Shown here: in pieces, positions 36,748 to 46,036 of the stretch
Layout of the letters: every line of letters starts with the position of its first letter
Numbering within the stretch: the first letter of the stretch is position 1
From: an uncultured Alphaproteobacteria bacterium
GTDB lineage: Bacteria; Pseudomonadota; Alphaproteobacteria; HIMB59; GCA-002718135
Length of the DNA stretch: 64,000 nucleotides
Direction: 5' to 3'
Assembly (NCBI GenBank): GCA_902560675.1
Contig: CACEMP010000005.1
Coordinates: 8,253-72,252, forward strand
Notes under the pieces: model-generated
The model's database searches: none
Seen by the model: only the letters and a program-made list of their open reading frames with translations
Told to the model about the DNA's origin: nothing
Made by a program: the position numbers and the translations under genes

Positions 36748-37902
36748 GTGAAAGTTGAAAACATTCAACTTTACTATCTTTCAATGCCTGAAATTCTAGA
36801 CGAGGCTGATGGAAGTCAAGATGCGCTTGTTGTTAAAGTAGAAGCTGGAGGTTATGAAGGTTGGGGTGAGTGTGAAGCTTCACCATTAACATCTATTTCT
36901 AATTTTATATGTCCAAAATCTCATTCAGCTGCTAATCCAATAAGAAGTTCTATTGTTGGTGAAAATATAAATGATTTAAGTGATATAAAAAAAATTATCA
37001 CCAGAGTTAAAAATAGATCTTTAATGATTGCTCAAACACCACATACATTTTCTGGTATAGAGGTTGCCTTACTAGATCTTTTATCAAAAAAAGAAAGTTG
37101 CCCAATTTATTCATTATTAGGTATGAATAAAACAATTCCTAAAATTGCATATGCTTCAGTACTCTTTGGTAAAACACCTCAGGAAACTTACAATATCGCT
37201 AAAAATCTTATTAACAAAAATTTTAAGGCAATAAAGTTTGGATGGGAAAACTTTGGTTTAAATATTAAAACTGATGAAAACCATCTTGTAGCTGCAAGAG
37301 ATGCAATTAAAAATGAAGCTGAATTAATGATAGATGTAGGTGCCATCTGGGAAACAAATATAGATGAAGCAGAAAAAAGAAAAAAAATTTTACAAGATGC
37401 AAAAATCACATGGTTAGAGGAACCATTTTATTCAGATGCTTTTTATGAGTATAGCAAGCTTTCCGAAATAACTAAACTTCCATTAGCTGGAGGTGAATCA
37501 TGTCATTCTATTGAATCAGCAAAAAACATGATAAGATATGGAAAAGTTAAATTTATTCAAATTGATGCTGGCATTGCTGGCGGAATAATAGCTGGAAAAG
37601 AAATATGTGATTTTGCAGAAAAAAATAATGTGCAATATGTCAATCATACATTTACATCCCATTTACAACTTTCATCATCTTTACAGCCTTATGTTAGTTC
37701 TACAAAAAGTAAATTTGCCGAATTTCCTCAGCAATTAAAATCTTTAGCATGGGATTTAACAGAAAATCATATTAGCATGGATGAAGATGGTTTTATAAAC
37801 GTTCCGGAGGATGTTGGTCATGGAATAAAAATTAATCAAAGTGCTTTAGATCAATACATTGTTGATGTAGAAATATTTGTTAATAAGAAAAAAATTTTTT
37901 AA
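36748..37902 (+). CDS. enolase-superfamily (mandelate racemase/muconate lactonizing) acid-sugar dehydratase
   Basis: 384 aa with 'GWGECEA', 'MIDVGA', 'WLEEP' and 'IQIDA' metal-ligand blocks. GTG start. Confidence 0.75.
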   Translation: MKVENIQLYYLSMPEILDEADGSQDALVVKVEAGGYEGWGECEASPLTSISNFICPKSHSAANPIRSSIVGENINDLSDIKKIITRVKNRSLMIAQTPHTFSGIEVALLDLLSKKESCPIYSLLGMNKTIPKIAYASVLFGKTPQETYNIAKNLINKNFKAIKFGWENFGLNIKTDENHLVAARDAIKNEAELMIDVGAIWETNIDEAEKRKKILQDAKITWLEEPFYSDAFYEYSKLSEITKLPLAGGESCHSIESAKNMIRYGKVKFIQIDAGIAGGIIAGKEICDFAEKNNVQYVNHTFTSHLQLSSSLQPYVSSTKSKFAEFPQQLKSLAWDLTENHISMDEDGFINVPEDVGHGIKINQSALDQYIVDVEIFVNKKKIF

Positions 37903-37904
37903 TA

Positions 37905-39080
37905 ATGAAAATAATTGATATTAAAACAACAATTGTCAACGCGGAAATGCGTAATTGGGTATTTGTAAAAGTTATTACAGATAAAGACCTATATGGCTGG
38001 GGTGAGGCAACAGTAGAATGGAAAACAAGAGCCGTAATAGGAGCAATTGAAGATTTAAAGCCTTTATTAATTGGAAAAGATCCAAGAGATATAAAACAAA
38101 ATTTTCAAATAATGACAAAACATGGTTTCTGGAAACTTGGCATTATTGGAATGTCAGCTGTCAGTGGTATTGAACACGCACTTTGGGATATTCTTGGTAA
38201 AAGTTTAAATGTACCTGTCTGGCAATTACTTGGTGGAAAAGTTCGTAACAAAATAAAAATTTATACTCATTTAGGAATGGGAGATATGAATGCAGTTTAT
38301 AAAGATACAATGGAGATAAATAAATTAAATGAACATGCATTAGCCCTTTTAGAAAAAGGTTATAAAGCATTTAAGGTTGTATTTATTCCTTTCACACATC
38401 ATACAAATTCACTAAAAAATTTAGACAAGGTAAATCAATTAATGTCATCATTGCGAAATGTTGTTGGCAATGAAATTGATATTATGGTTGATTTCCATGG
38501 AAGATGTGCCTCTGGTAAATCTGCTATTCAATACATAAAGGAGCTAGAGTCGTATAACCCTCTTTTTGTAGAGGAACCTATTTTACCTGGTGATAATAAA
38601 ACTTTACTTCAGGTTAAAAATTCAATTAATTGTCCACTTGCTACAGGAGAGAGATTAATAGGACATCAAGAATTTGAAGAAATCATTTCAAATCGCATTG
38701 TTGATATAATTCAGCCAGATTTAAATCATTGCGGTGGTTTATTAGAAGCTAAATACATTGCAGCAGCAGCTTCGATTGCAAATATAGGAGTTGCTCCTCA
38801 TAATCCAAACGGTCCAATCGCAGGTGCAGCTGCGTTACACTTTGCATGTTCAACCACAAATCATATAATTCAAGAAGTAATGGATAAATCTGTTCCTTGG
38901 TATGATGATGTTATTTCATCAACACCTGTTGAAAGAGAAAAAGACCATTGGAAAATACCGACTAGAGCAGGTTTAGGAATTGAAGTAAATGAAAAAGAAG
39001 CAGAAAAATATCCATTTAAACAAGAAATAATTCCTACAACTGACGCCTATCTCGAAGATGGAACAGTAGTTGATTGGTGA
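37905..39080 (+). CDS. galactonate-dehydratase-like enolase-superfamily dehydratase
   Basis: 391 aa with 'NWVFVKVITD..GWGEAT', 'MVDFHGR', 'FVEEP', 'IIQPDLNHCGG' and 'APHNP'. Confidence 0.8.
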   Translation: MKIIDIKTTIVNAEMRNWVFVKVITDKDLYGWGEATVEWKTRAVIGAIEDLKPLLIGKDPRDIKQNFQIMTKHGFWKLGIIGMSAVSGIEHALWDILGKSLNVPVWQLLGGKVRNKIKIYTHLGMGDMNAVYKDTMEINKLNEHALALLEKGYKAFKVVFIPFTHHTNSLKNLDKVNQLMSSLRNVVGNEIDIMVDFHGRCASGKSAIQYIKELESYNPLFVEEPILPGDNKTLLQVKNSINCPLATGERLIGHQEFEEIISNRIVDIIQPDLNHCGGLLEAKYIAAAASIANIGVAPHNPNGPIAGAAALHFACSTTNHIIQEVMDKSVPWYDDVISSTPVEREKDHWKIPTRAGLGIEVNEKEAEKYPFKQEIIPTTDAYLEDGTVVDW

Positions 39081-39976
39081 TCAATATAAATAAAATAGAA
39101 GGAATCTTTCCAATCCTTTACACTTTTTTTAATAAAAATAATTCCATTGACTTTAAATTAATGGAAGATCAAATTAAATTAATTTTCGAACAACGCTGTC
39201 ATGGAATAGCAGCTCTTGGTTTGGCTACTGAAGTTAACAAATTATCATTTAAGGAAAAAATAAAAATTATAGAATTATTATCAGATAATACTCCAGCAAA
39301 GAAACCAAAAGCAATAACAATACAATCTAAAAATTACAAAGAATATATAAAATTAATTGAAATTTCAAAATCAAACAAAATAGATTGGTTAATACTCCAA
39401 CCAATGATAAAAAAAAATACTACAGACAAAGATTGTTATAATTTTTTTAAAAAAATAATTCCAACAACTTCAGGAACTTTGACAGGCATCCAAAATGCTA
39501 AGGAATATATAGGTGTAGGATTGACAACAAATCAAATAAATAAATTATACAAACGTTTTAACAATTTTAGAGCAATAAAAGGCGAAGCTTCATCTTATTT
39601 AATGCAAAAGGAATTAATGGAACTTCCAAAAGACCTTACTGTGTTTAATGGTCGAGGAGGGCAAGAGATTGTTGATAATTTAATAATTGGTTGTAAGGGT
39701 ATTGTTCCTTGCTTAGATGGATCTGATAAGTTTGTAAAAATATTTCAATTTTTTAAGCAAAAAAAATTAATTAATGCTGAAAATGAATATAGGAATATGC
39801 TTCCAAATATTGTTTTCATTATGCAATCAATTGACTCTTTAGTATGTTACGGTAAGAGAGTATGTGCATTTAGAATGGGAGTAAAAAATGTTTATGATCG
39901 TAAACCTTTTCTTAAACCAACTGATTTTGGAATTAAGAAATCAAAAAATATTGCAAAATCTTTAGGATATTTCTAA
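39074..39976 (+). CDS. DHDPS/NAL-family class I aldolase (candidate 2-keto-3-deoxy-sugar-acid aldolase)
   Basis: 300 aa with 'GIFPILYTFF..N.IDF', 'GIAALGLATE' and the Schiff-base region 'FRAIKGEASS'. A TTG/GTG start overlaps the upstream stop. Confidence 0.6.
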   Translation: MVININKIEGIFPILYTFFNKNNSIDFKLMEDQIKLIFEQRCHGIAALGLATEVNKLSFKEKIKIIELLSDNTPAKKPKAITIQSKNYKEYIKLIEISKSNKIDWLILQPMIKKNTTDKDCYNFFKKIIPTTSGTLTGIQNAKEYIGVGLTTNQINKLYKRFNNFRAIKGEASSYLMQKELMELPKDLTVFNGRGGQEIVDNLIIGCKGIVPCLDGSDKFVKIFQFFKQKKLINAENEYRNMLPNIVFIMQSIDSLVCYGKRVCAFRMGVKNVYDRKPFLKPTDFGIKKSKNIAKSLGYF

Positions 39977-41709
39977 TGACAAAAAAAAATAAATTTAGAT
40001 CGTCAAATTGGTATAACTCTAAAGATCATAAAAGAGATACTTTTGTTCATAGAGGATGGATGAGAAATCAAGGACATCCAAACCATTTGTTTGATGGTAG
40101 ACCAGTCATAGGTATATGTAATACTTGGTCTGAATTGACACCTTGTAATGGACACTTTCGAGAAATAGCTGAGTCAGTTAAAAAGGGAGTTTATGAAGCT
40201 GGGGGTTTTCCATTGGAGTTTCCTGTTTTTTCAGCGAGTGAGTCAAATTTAAGACCAACAGCAATGTTGTTTAGAAATCTTGCTAGCATGGATGTAGAAG
40301 AAGCAATAAGAGGAAATCCTATAGATGGGGTAGTCTTACTAATGGGTTGTGATAAAACAACACCGTCACTTCTCATGGGTGCTGCAAGTGTTGATTTGCC
40401 TACAATAGGTGTATCAGGTGGACCAATGCTTAATGGACATCATAGAGGAGAAACAATTGGTTCTGGAACGGGTGTTTGGCGTCTGGATGCAGATTTAAGT
40501 GCAGGAAAAATCACAGAAGATGACTTCATTGAAGCTGAGATTTCTATGAGTAGATCTAAAGGAAATTGTATGACTATGGGCACTGCTTCCACAATGGGAA
40601 GTATGGTAGAAGCACTCGGTATGTCATTACCTCATAATGCTGCAATACCAGCAGTTGATGCAAGAAGATATTCGCTTGCGTACATGTCAGGAAAAAGAAT
40701 TGTTGATATGGTAAAAGAAAACTTAATAATGTCCAAAATTGTTAACAAGAAATCATTTGAAAATGCAATTAAAGTAAACGGTGCTATAGGTGGATCTACA
40801 AATGCTGTAATACACTTAGCAGCAATTGCAGGAAGATTGGAAATTGATTTAAAATTAAGTGATTGGGAAAAATGTGGTAAGGATATACCAACATTGGTTA
40901 ATCTACAACCTTCAGGAAAATATTTAATGGAAGATTTTTATTACGCAGGCGGTGTTCCTGTTGTGATTAAAAGATTAATAGAAAAAAATTTACTTAATAA
41001 TGATTCACTTACTGCAAATGGAAAAACTATATTTGAAAATAATAAAAATGCTAAATGTTGGAATGATGATGTAATTAAAAACTTTGAAAAACCATTAGTA
41101 AATGATGGAGGAATAAAAATTTTGAGAGGCAATATTGCACCTGATGGTGCAATCATCAAACCATCTGCAGCTACGCCTGAATTAATGAAACATAAGGGAA
41201 AAGCTGTAGTGTTTGAAAGTGTAGAAGAGTTTCATGAAAAAATTGATGATCCAAATTTAGATGTAGATCAAAATTCAATATTGGTTTTAAAAAATTGTGG
41301 TCCAAAAGGATATCCTGGTATGGCAGAAGTAGGAAATATGAGATTGCCTCAAAAATTACTTAAAAGAGGAATTAAAGATATGATTAGAATTTCAGATGCT
41401 AGAATGAGTGGTACAGCTTATGGGACTGTAATACTCCATACTGCACCTGAAGCAGCTATTAAAGGACCTTTGGCTGCAGTTCAAAATAATGATATGATTG
41501 AAATTGATGTTGAAAGAGGAACAATGAATGTGCTTCTTGATGATTCTATAATTAAAAGTAGACTTAAAAATTATGAGCCTATTCTACCAGAAATAAAAAG
41601 TGGTTATCAAAAAATGTATATTGATCATGTAACTCAAGCAGATACTGGTGCTGATTTAGATTTTTTAGTTGGAAAACGTGGCTCAGAAGTAAAAAGACAT
41701 AGTCATTAA
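39976..41709 (+). CDS. IlvD/Edd-family dehydratase (pentonate/aldonate dehydratase type)
   Basis: 577 aa with 'GCDKTTPS', 'GNCMTMGTAST' and 'ISDARMSGT'. Its length matches the xylonate/arabonate dehydratase subgroup rather than Edd. Confidence 0.85.
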   Translation: MTKKNKFRSSNWYNSKDHKRDTFVHRGWMRNQGHPNHLFDGRPVIGICNTWSELTPCNGHFREIAESVKKGVYEAGGFPLEFPVFSASESNLRPTAMLFRNLASMDVEEAIRGNPIDGVVLLMGCDKTTPSLLMGAASVDLPTIGVSGGPMLNGHHRGETIGSGTGVWRLDADLSAGKITEDDFIEAEISMSRSKGNCMTMGTASTMGSMVEALGMSLPHNAAIPAVDARRYSLAYMSGKRIVDMVKENLIMSKIVNKKSFENAIKVNGAIGGSTNAVIHLAAIAGRLEIDLKLSDWEKCGKDIPTLVNLQPSGKYLMEDFYYAGGVPVVIKRLIEKNLLNNDSLTANGKTIFENNKNAKCWNDDVIKNFEKPLVNDGGIKILRGNIAPDGAIIKPSAATPELMKHKGKAVVFESVEEFHEKIDDPNLDVDQNSILVLKNCGPKGYPGMAEVGNMRLPQKLLKRGIKDMIRISDARMSGTAYGTVILHTAPEAAIKGPLAAVQNNDMIEIDVERGTMNVLLDDSIIKSRLKNYEPILPEIKSGYQKMYIDHVTQADTGADLDFLVGKRGSEVKRHSH

Positions 41710-41734
41710 TATAGATTTAAAAATAACAGAATAA

Positions 41735-42784
41735 ATGAATAGTAATTTCGTTCGATTATCAGTTAGTGAATTAGTTGAAAAAATAAATAAAATTCCAAGA
41801 GTAGATTTAGCACAGCTTCCAACGCCTTTAGAATTTGCTCCAAATATATCAAAAGAGCTAGATATAAATCTTTATATTAAAAGAGACGATTGTACAGCTC
41901 TTGCATTTGGTGGTAACAAAACAAGACATTTAGAATTTATAATGGCAAAAACATTGTCAGATAACTATGACTGTATTTTAACTGGTGCATCTTCTCAATC
42001 CAACTTTTGTCGTCAAGCTGTTGCAGCTGCAAATAAATTAAATTTAGAGAGTTACTTGGTATTAATGCATGGTGTTAAAGGCAAAGTAATGCAAGGTAAT
42101 TTTTTACTTTACAATATTTTAGGAGCAAATGTTGATGTCGTTGAAGGAGAAGATTTAGAACAAATACCAAAACACCTAGATAAAAAATATAAACAATTAA
42201 TTGATAACGGCAAAAAACCTCTCCTAATATATGGCGGTTTTGGAGAAGAGGACACTATTCTAGCTGGAATTAGTTATACAAATGCAATGGCTGAAATGGA
42301 TTTGCAAATGAAAGAACAAAATTTTTTGGCTGATCATTTGTTTGTAACTGCTGCTAACATGACACAAGCTGGTTGTGAATTAGGTGCAAAAATTTTAGGT
42401 TGGCCAACTCGTATCCAAGGTGTATCTCCTGTATATTGGGAAATGAATATCAAAAAAGATATAGCAAGAATATGTAATGAAGGCGCAAAAATGCTTGATA
42501 TAAATCTAGAGTTTTCAGATGATATGATTAATCATGACAATAATTACGTAGGAGAAAAATATGGTGCTGCCACAGAAGAGGGAATTAGAGCTATGAAACT
42601 ACTTGCTAAAAAAGAAGGAATAATTTTAGACCCAGTCTATACATCAAAAGGTTTTGCAGCTCTTATTGATTATGTTGAAAAGGGAATAATTAAAAAAGGT
42701 GAAAAGGTAATTTTTATGTTTACTGGTGGTAGCCCTGCAGTTTTTGCATATAATCAAGAGATAACAAATAATCCTACTCTATAA
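41735..42784 (+). CDS. PLP-dependent ACC deaminase/D-cysteine desulfhydrase-family enzyme
   Basis: 349 aa with 'FGGNKTRHLEF' (PLP lysine), 'DPVYTSKG' and 'FMFTGG'. Confidence 0.8.
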   Translation: MNSNFVRLSVSELVEKINKIPRVDLAQLPTPLEFAPNISKELDINLYIKRDDCTALAFGGNKTRHLEFIMAKTLSDNYDCILTGASSQSNFCRQAVAAANKLNLESYLVLMHGVKGKVMQGNFLLYNILGANVDVVEGEDLEQIPKHLDKKYKQLIDNGKKPLLIYGGFGEEDTILAGISYTNAMAEMDLQMKEQNFLADHLFVTAANMTQAGCELGAKILGWPTRIQGVSPVYWEMNIKKDIARICNEGAKMLDINLEFSDDMINHDNNYVGEKYGAATEEGIRAMKLLAKKEGIILDPVYTSKGFAALIDYVEKGIIKKGEKVIFMFTGGSPAVFAYNQEITNNPTL

Positions 42785-43961
42785 TTTCAAAGCTATCTAA
42801 ATATTTATTTGATAACTCAATACCCAATCCTGATTTATTTTCATCTAATTCTATAAATCCATTTTTAGCTTGAGGTTCTCCATCAAAAATATACCAAAAT
42901 AATTCATTCCCAATTTCTACAGGCCAAAATGGAAAGTATTCAACAATTGGCGCATTTATACTACTCATTGAAACATGAAAATTATGTACTTGTCCTGCAT
43001 GAGGTATAACAGGAATTTGAAAAGCTTCTGCTAAAGCACAAATTTTGTGTGCCTGTGTAATTCCTCCAACTCTATTTGTATCAAACTGCACAACATCTAC
43101 TGCTTTTTTTTCTAATAGTTGTCTAAAGCCATAAAGTGTATATTCATGTTCGCCTCCAGATATAGGTGTTCTGCAAGATGCTTTTAAATCAGCATATCCA
43201 TCTATATCATCAGCTATTACTGGTTCTTCCAACCATCTCAAATTTTCTTTATCAATTAATCGCATCATTCTTTTGGCGTATTCAAATGTCCATCCCATAT
43301 AAACATCAGCCATCAAATCAACATTATCACCAACAACTGATCTTACTGTTTTAATTAATTCTATATTTTTATTCATTCCCTCAGCACCATCTTTAGGCCC
43401 CCAACCAAAACGAAGTTTCATTGCTTTAAAACCTTGCTCTAAATATTCTTGTGCTTCTTTAGCTAACGTATCAAGAGGCTGGCTATATAATTTGCTTGCA
43501 TAGCAAGGTAACTTTGCTTTCGTTTTACCACCCAAAAGACTGTACACAGGTTGTTTTGCTGCCTTACCAAGTGCATCCCATATTGCTATATCAACAGCAC
43601 TAATGGCTGTCATACCGACACCTTTTCTTCCCCAAGCTAAAGTTTGTCGATACATCTTTTGCCAGATGTGCTCATAATCCCAAATACTTTCACCAATTAT
43701 TGCTGGCTTTAAATAATTATCTACTACAGATTTACAAGGTTTTGGAGATAGTGCTGCATTACCAAGACCAACATGCCCATCTTCAGTTTCAACTTCAACA
43801 ACTAACCAACTTAAAAATTTAAAAGTCGACATACCATCAGCACTTATATTTTCTTTGTTTAATAAATCGGCTGCGCTAGTGCAAAAATTATCGTGTATTT
43901 TTTGGATAGGACCTTTCCAAGTGTATAGTTTTGCTCTTACGTCTTTAATTTTTGATGTCAT
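42774..43961 (-). CDS. L-rhamnonate-dehydratase-like enolase-superfamily dehydratase
   Basis: 395 aa, colinear with RhamD/YfaW blocks: 'VVEVETEDGHVGLG', 'AISAVDIAIWD', 'LMADVYMGW', 'WLEEP', 'SGGEHEY' and 'VQFD'. Context is a rhamnose-type transporter and a mutarotase. Confidence 0.75.
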   Translation of the reverse strand: MTSKIKDVRAKLYTWKGPIQKIHDNFCTSAADLLNKENISADGMSTFKFLSWLVVEVETEDGHVGLGNAALSPKPCKSVVDNYLKPAIIGESIWDYEHIWQKMYRQTLAWGRKGVGMTAISAVDIAIWDALGKAAKQPVYSLLGGKTKAKLPCYASKLYSQPLDTLAKEAQEYLEQGFKAMKLRFGWGPKDGAEGMNKNIELIKTVRSVVGDNVDLMADVYMGWTFEYAKRMMRLIDKENLRWLEEPVIADDIDGYADLKASCRTPISGGEHEYTLYGFRQLLEKKAVDVVQFDTNRVGGITQAHKICALAEAFQIPVIPHAGQVHNFHVSMSSINAPIVEYFPFWPVEIGNELFWYIFDGEPQAKNGFIELDENKSGLGIELSNKYLDSFEIIE

Positions 43962-43963
43962 AA

Positions 43964-44872
43964 TTAAATTCTATAAAATTTTTCTGCATTTGAAGAAAAC
44001 AACATTTTTTTATCATTATCTGAATAGTTTTTTGTAATTGTTTTAAATGAATTCCAATAATTATCAAAAGTATTAAATATTTTGTCTACTGGAAAATTTG
44101 AAGCAAACATACATCTTTCAACACCAAATATCTCAATAGTTTTTTCAACAAATATTTTTGTACTATCTATTGTCCAATTTGGATTAAACATTCCAAGACC
44201 AGAAATTTTTGCGACAATGTTATTACAACTTGCAATTTTTTTCATATTACTTTCCCAATGTTTAATATACTCATTAGACTGATAACATGGTTCACCAGTG
44301 TGGTTTAAAATAAATAATATATCATCATTATCTTTGGCTAAATTAAATGCATCATTCATTTGGTGAGGATAAATTTGAATATCAAAAGATAAATTTCTAT
44401 TCTTCATATTTTTAAAGTTACTTAGCCATTTTGTATTTTTCATAAAATCTTCTGAAGCATGTGAGTATTTTGGTTCGTCTGCATTAAAAGATAATATTTG
44501 TCTTATTCCTCTAGTATTTTTATATTCTTGATGTTGATCAAGAATATCTACTACGTTATCTTTAGAAAAATCTGCAAATCCAACAATTGCATTTGGTAGT
44601 TTGGAATTATGATTATCAGCTAGTGTTTGAAGCCATTCTGTCTCGTTAATGGGGCTATCATCATCATGTTCTGCTTGTACGTGAACTGATTTTATTAAGT
44701 TTTGATTTTTTGCATCATTAAGATAATCTTCTAACTTATAACTCTTTCTAATAGCCCCATAATCACCAAAAAAAGCCTCTCCCTCTTTAACCATTAACCA
44801 AGAGTATTTAGTTTTTTCATTTTCCAAATCCCATAAATGGTGATGTGCGTCAACTATAGGTATATTATTCAT
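43964..44872 (-). CDS. amidohydrolase-2 (cog3618-type) sugar lactonase
   Basis: 302 aa with 'IVDAHHHLWD' and 'ILNHTGEP'. This family contains L-rhamnono- and L-fucono-lactonases. Confidence 0.75.
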   Translation of the reverse strand: MNNIPIVDAHHHLWDLENEKTKYSWLMVKEGEAFFGDYGAIRKSYKLEDYLNDAKNQNLIKSVHVQAEHDDDSPINETEWLQTLADNHNSKLPNAIVGFADFSKDNVVDILDQHQEYKNTRGIRQILSFNADEPKYSHASEDFMKNTKWLSNFKNMKNRNLSFDIQIYPHQMNDAFNLAKDNDDILFILNHTGEPCYQSNEYIKHWESNMKKIASCNNIVAKISGLGMFNPNWTIDSTKIFVEKTIEIFGVERCMFASNFPVDKIFNTFDNYWNSFKTITKNYSDNDKKMLFSSNAEKFYRI

Positions 44873-44883
44873 TTTATAATTTT

Positions 44884-44913
44884 TTGAAGAGCAATATTGC
44901 TATTGCTCTTCAA
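44884..44913 (-). terminator. intercistronic stem-loop immediately 3' of the SBP gene
   Basis: TTGAAGAGCAAT-ATTGCT-ATTGCTCTTCAA, a 12-bp perfect stem with no U-tract on the minus strand. Confidence 0.5.
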
Positions 44914-44921
44914 TTATTTGA

Positions 44922-45914
44922 TTAGAAGTTAAAATTATCGATATTGTCAGGAACAAAATCAAGCATTGGTGCTGCATAAATTAAATTATTAGCATTTATT
45001 ACAACATCACCTTGATCTGGAACACTGATTGTCATACCTTCTGACAACTTCATTCCATTTTCAACCATTTGAACAGATAGATAACCTGCAATTTCACCTT
45101 CAACAGATGGATCCCATAATTGGAATGCTTTAACGCATCCACTTTTTAGGAATGGTCTCATTTGGTTTGGAGTTCCAAGACCAGTTACTTGGACTTGATC
45201 ACATTTACCTGCAGACTCAACAACTTGTGCAGCAGCAGCTACACCAACAGTTGTTGGAGAAATAATTCCTCTTAAGTCAGGATATTTAGCAAGAAGTGCT
45301 TCAGCTTCAGTAGTACTTTTCTGTGGATCATCATCTCCATATACAACACCTAGATATTCCATATCAGAAAACATACCTTTTCCAATTATGTTATCTTCCA
45401 TATCTTTAATCCATGTATTTTGATCTGGAGCATCAGTTGTTGCACTCAAGATTGCAAACTGACCTTTGTGATCGATTAATTGTCCCATTAAAGTCATTTG
45501 AGCAGTTCCAACTGTTGAGAAATCAACAGGCATAATCGCTAAGTCTCTATGAGCTTCACTACCAGGTATATCTCCATTTACTACCATTATAATAATACCT
45601 TTTTTTCTCGCTTGATCAAAAACAGTATTAAGTGCATCATTAGAGTTTGGTGATATAGCGATTACATCAACACCTCTTTGAATTTCTGCTTTAATAAATG
45701 GTAACTGTGAAGTAGCATCAGCAGTAGCAGGGGCTACTGTAGAAAAATTATAACCATATTTTTCTGCCCCAACTTCGAAACCTTTAATAATTGAATCAAA
45801 GTATGGGTTACCGGTATTTTTTGGAATGTAAACAACTTCAGTTTTAGCAAAAACTCCTGTTGTAAGTAGCAAACCAAGAATACCCGCAGAAATAATTTTG
45901 AATATTTTATTCAT
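44922..45914 (-). CDS. rhaS: rhamnose-type (RhaS/LsrB-like) ABC transporter substrate-binding protein
   Basis: 330 aa with a signal peptide, type I PBP fold and a strong AGGAGGA RBS. It is divergent from the rhaTPQ-like genes. Confidence 0.75.
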   Translation of the reverse strand: MNKIFKIISAGILGLLLTTGVFAKTEVVYIPKNTGNPYFDSIIKGFEVGAEKYGYNFSTVAPATADATSQLPFIKAEIQRGVDVIAISPNSNDALNTVFDQARKKGIIIMVVNGDIPGSEAHRDLAIMPVDFSTVGTAQMTLMGQLIDHKGQFAILSATTDAPDQNTWIKDMEDNIIGKGMFSDMEYLGVVYGDDDPQKSTTEAEALLAKYPDLRGIISPTTVGVAAAAQVVESAGKCDQVQVTGLGTPNQMRPFLKSGCVKAFQLWDPSVEGEIAGYLSVQMVENGMKLSEGMTISVPDQGDVVINANNLIYAAPMLDFVPDNIDNFNF

Positions 45915-46036
45915 TATTCCTCCTCTTGAAATGTTAATAACATCTTCAATAAATTCATGTTTTTATCAAGAATAATTTGAAATTTTTCCTTATTATTTTA
46001 AAAAAACTAACGTAGAAGTATAAAATAAACAAAAAT

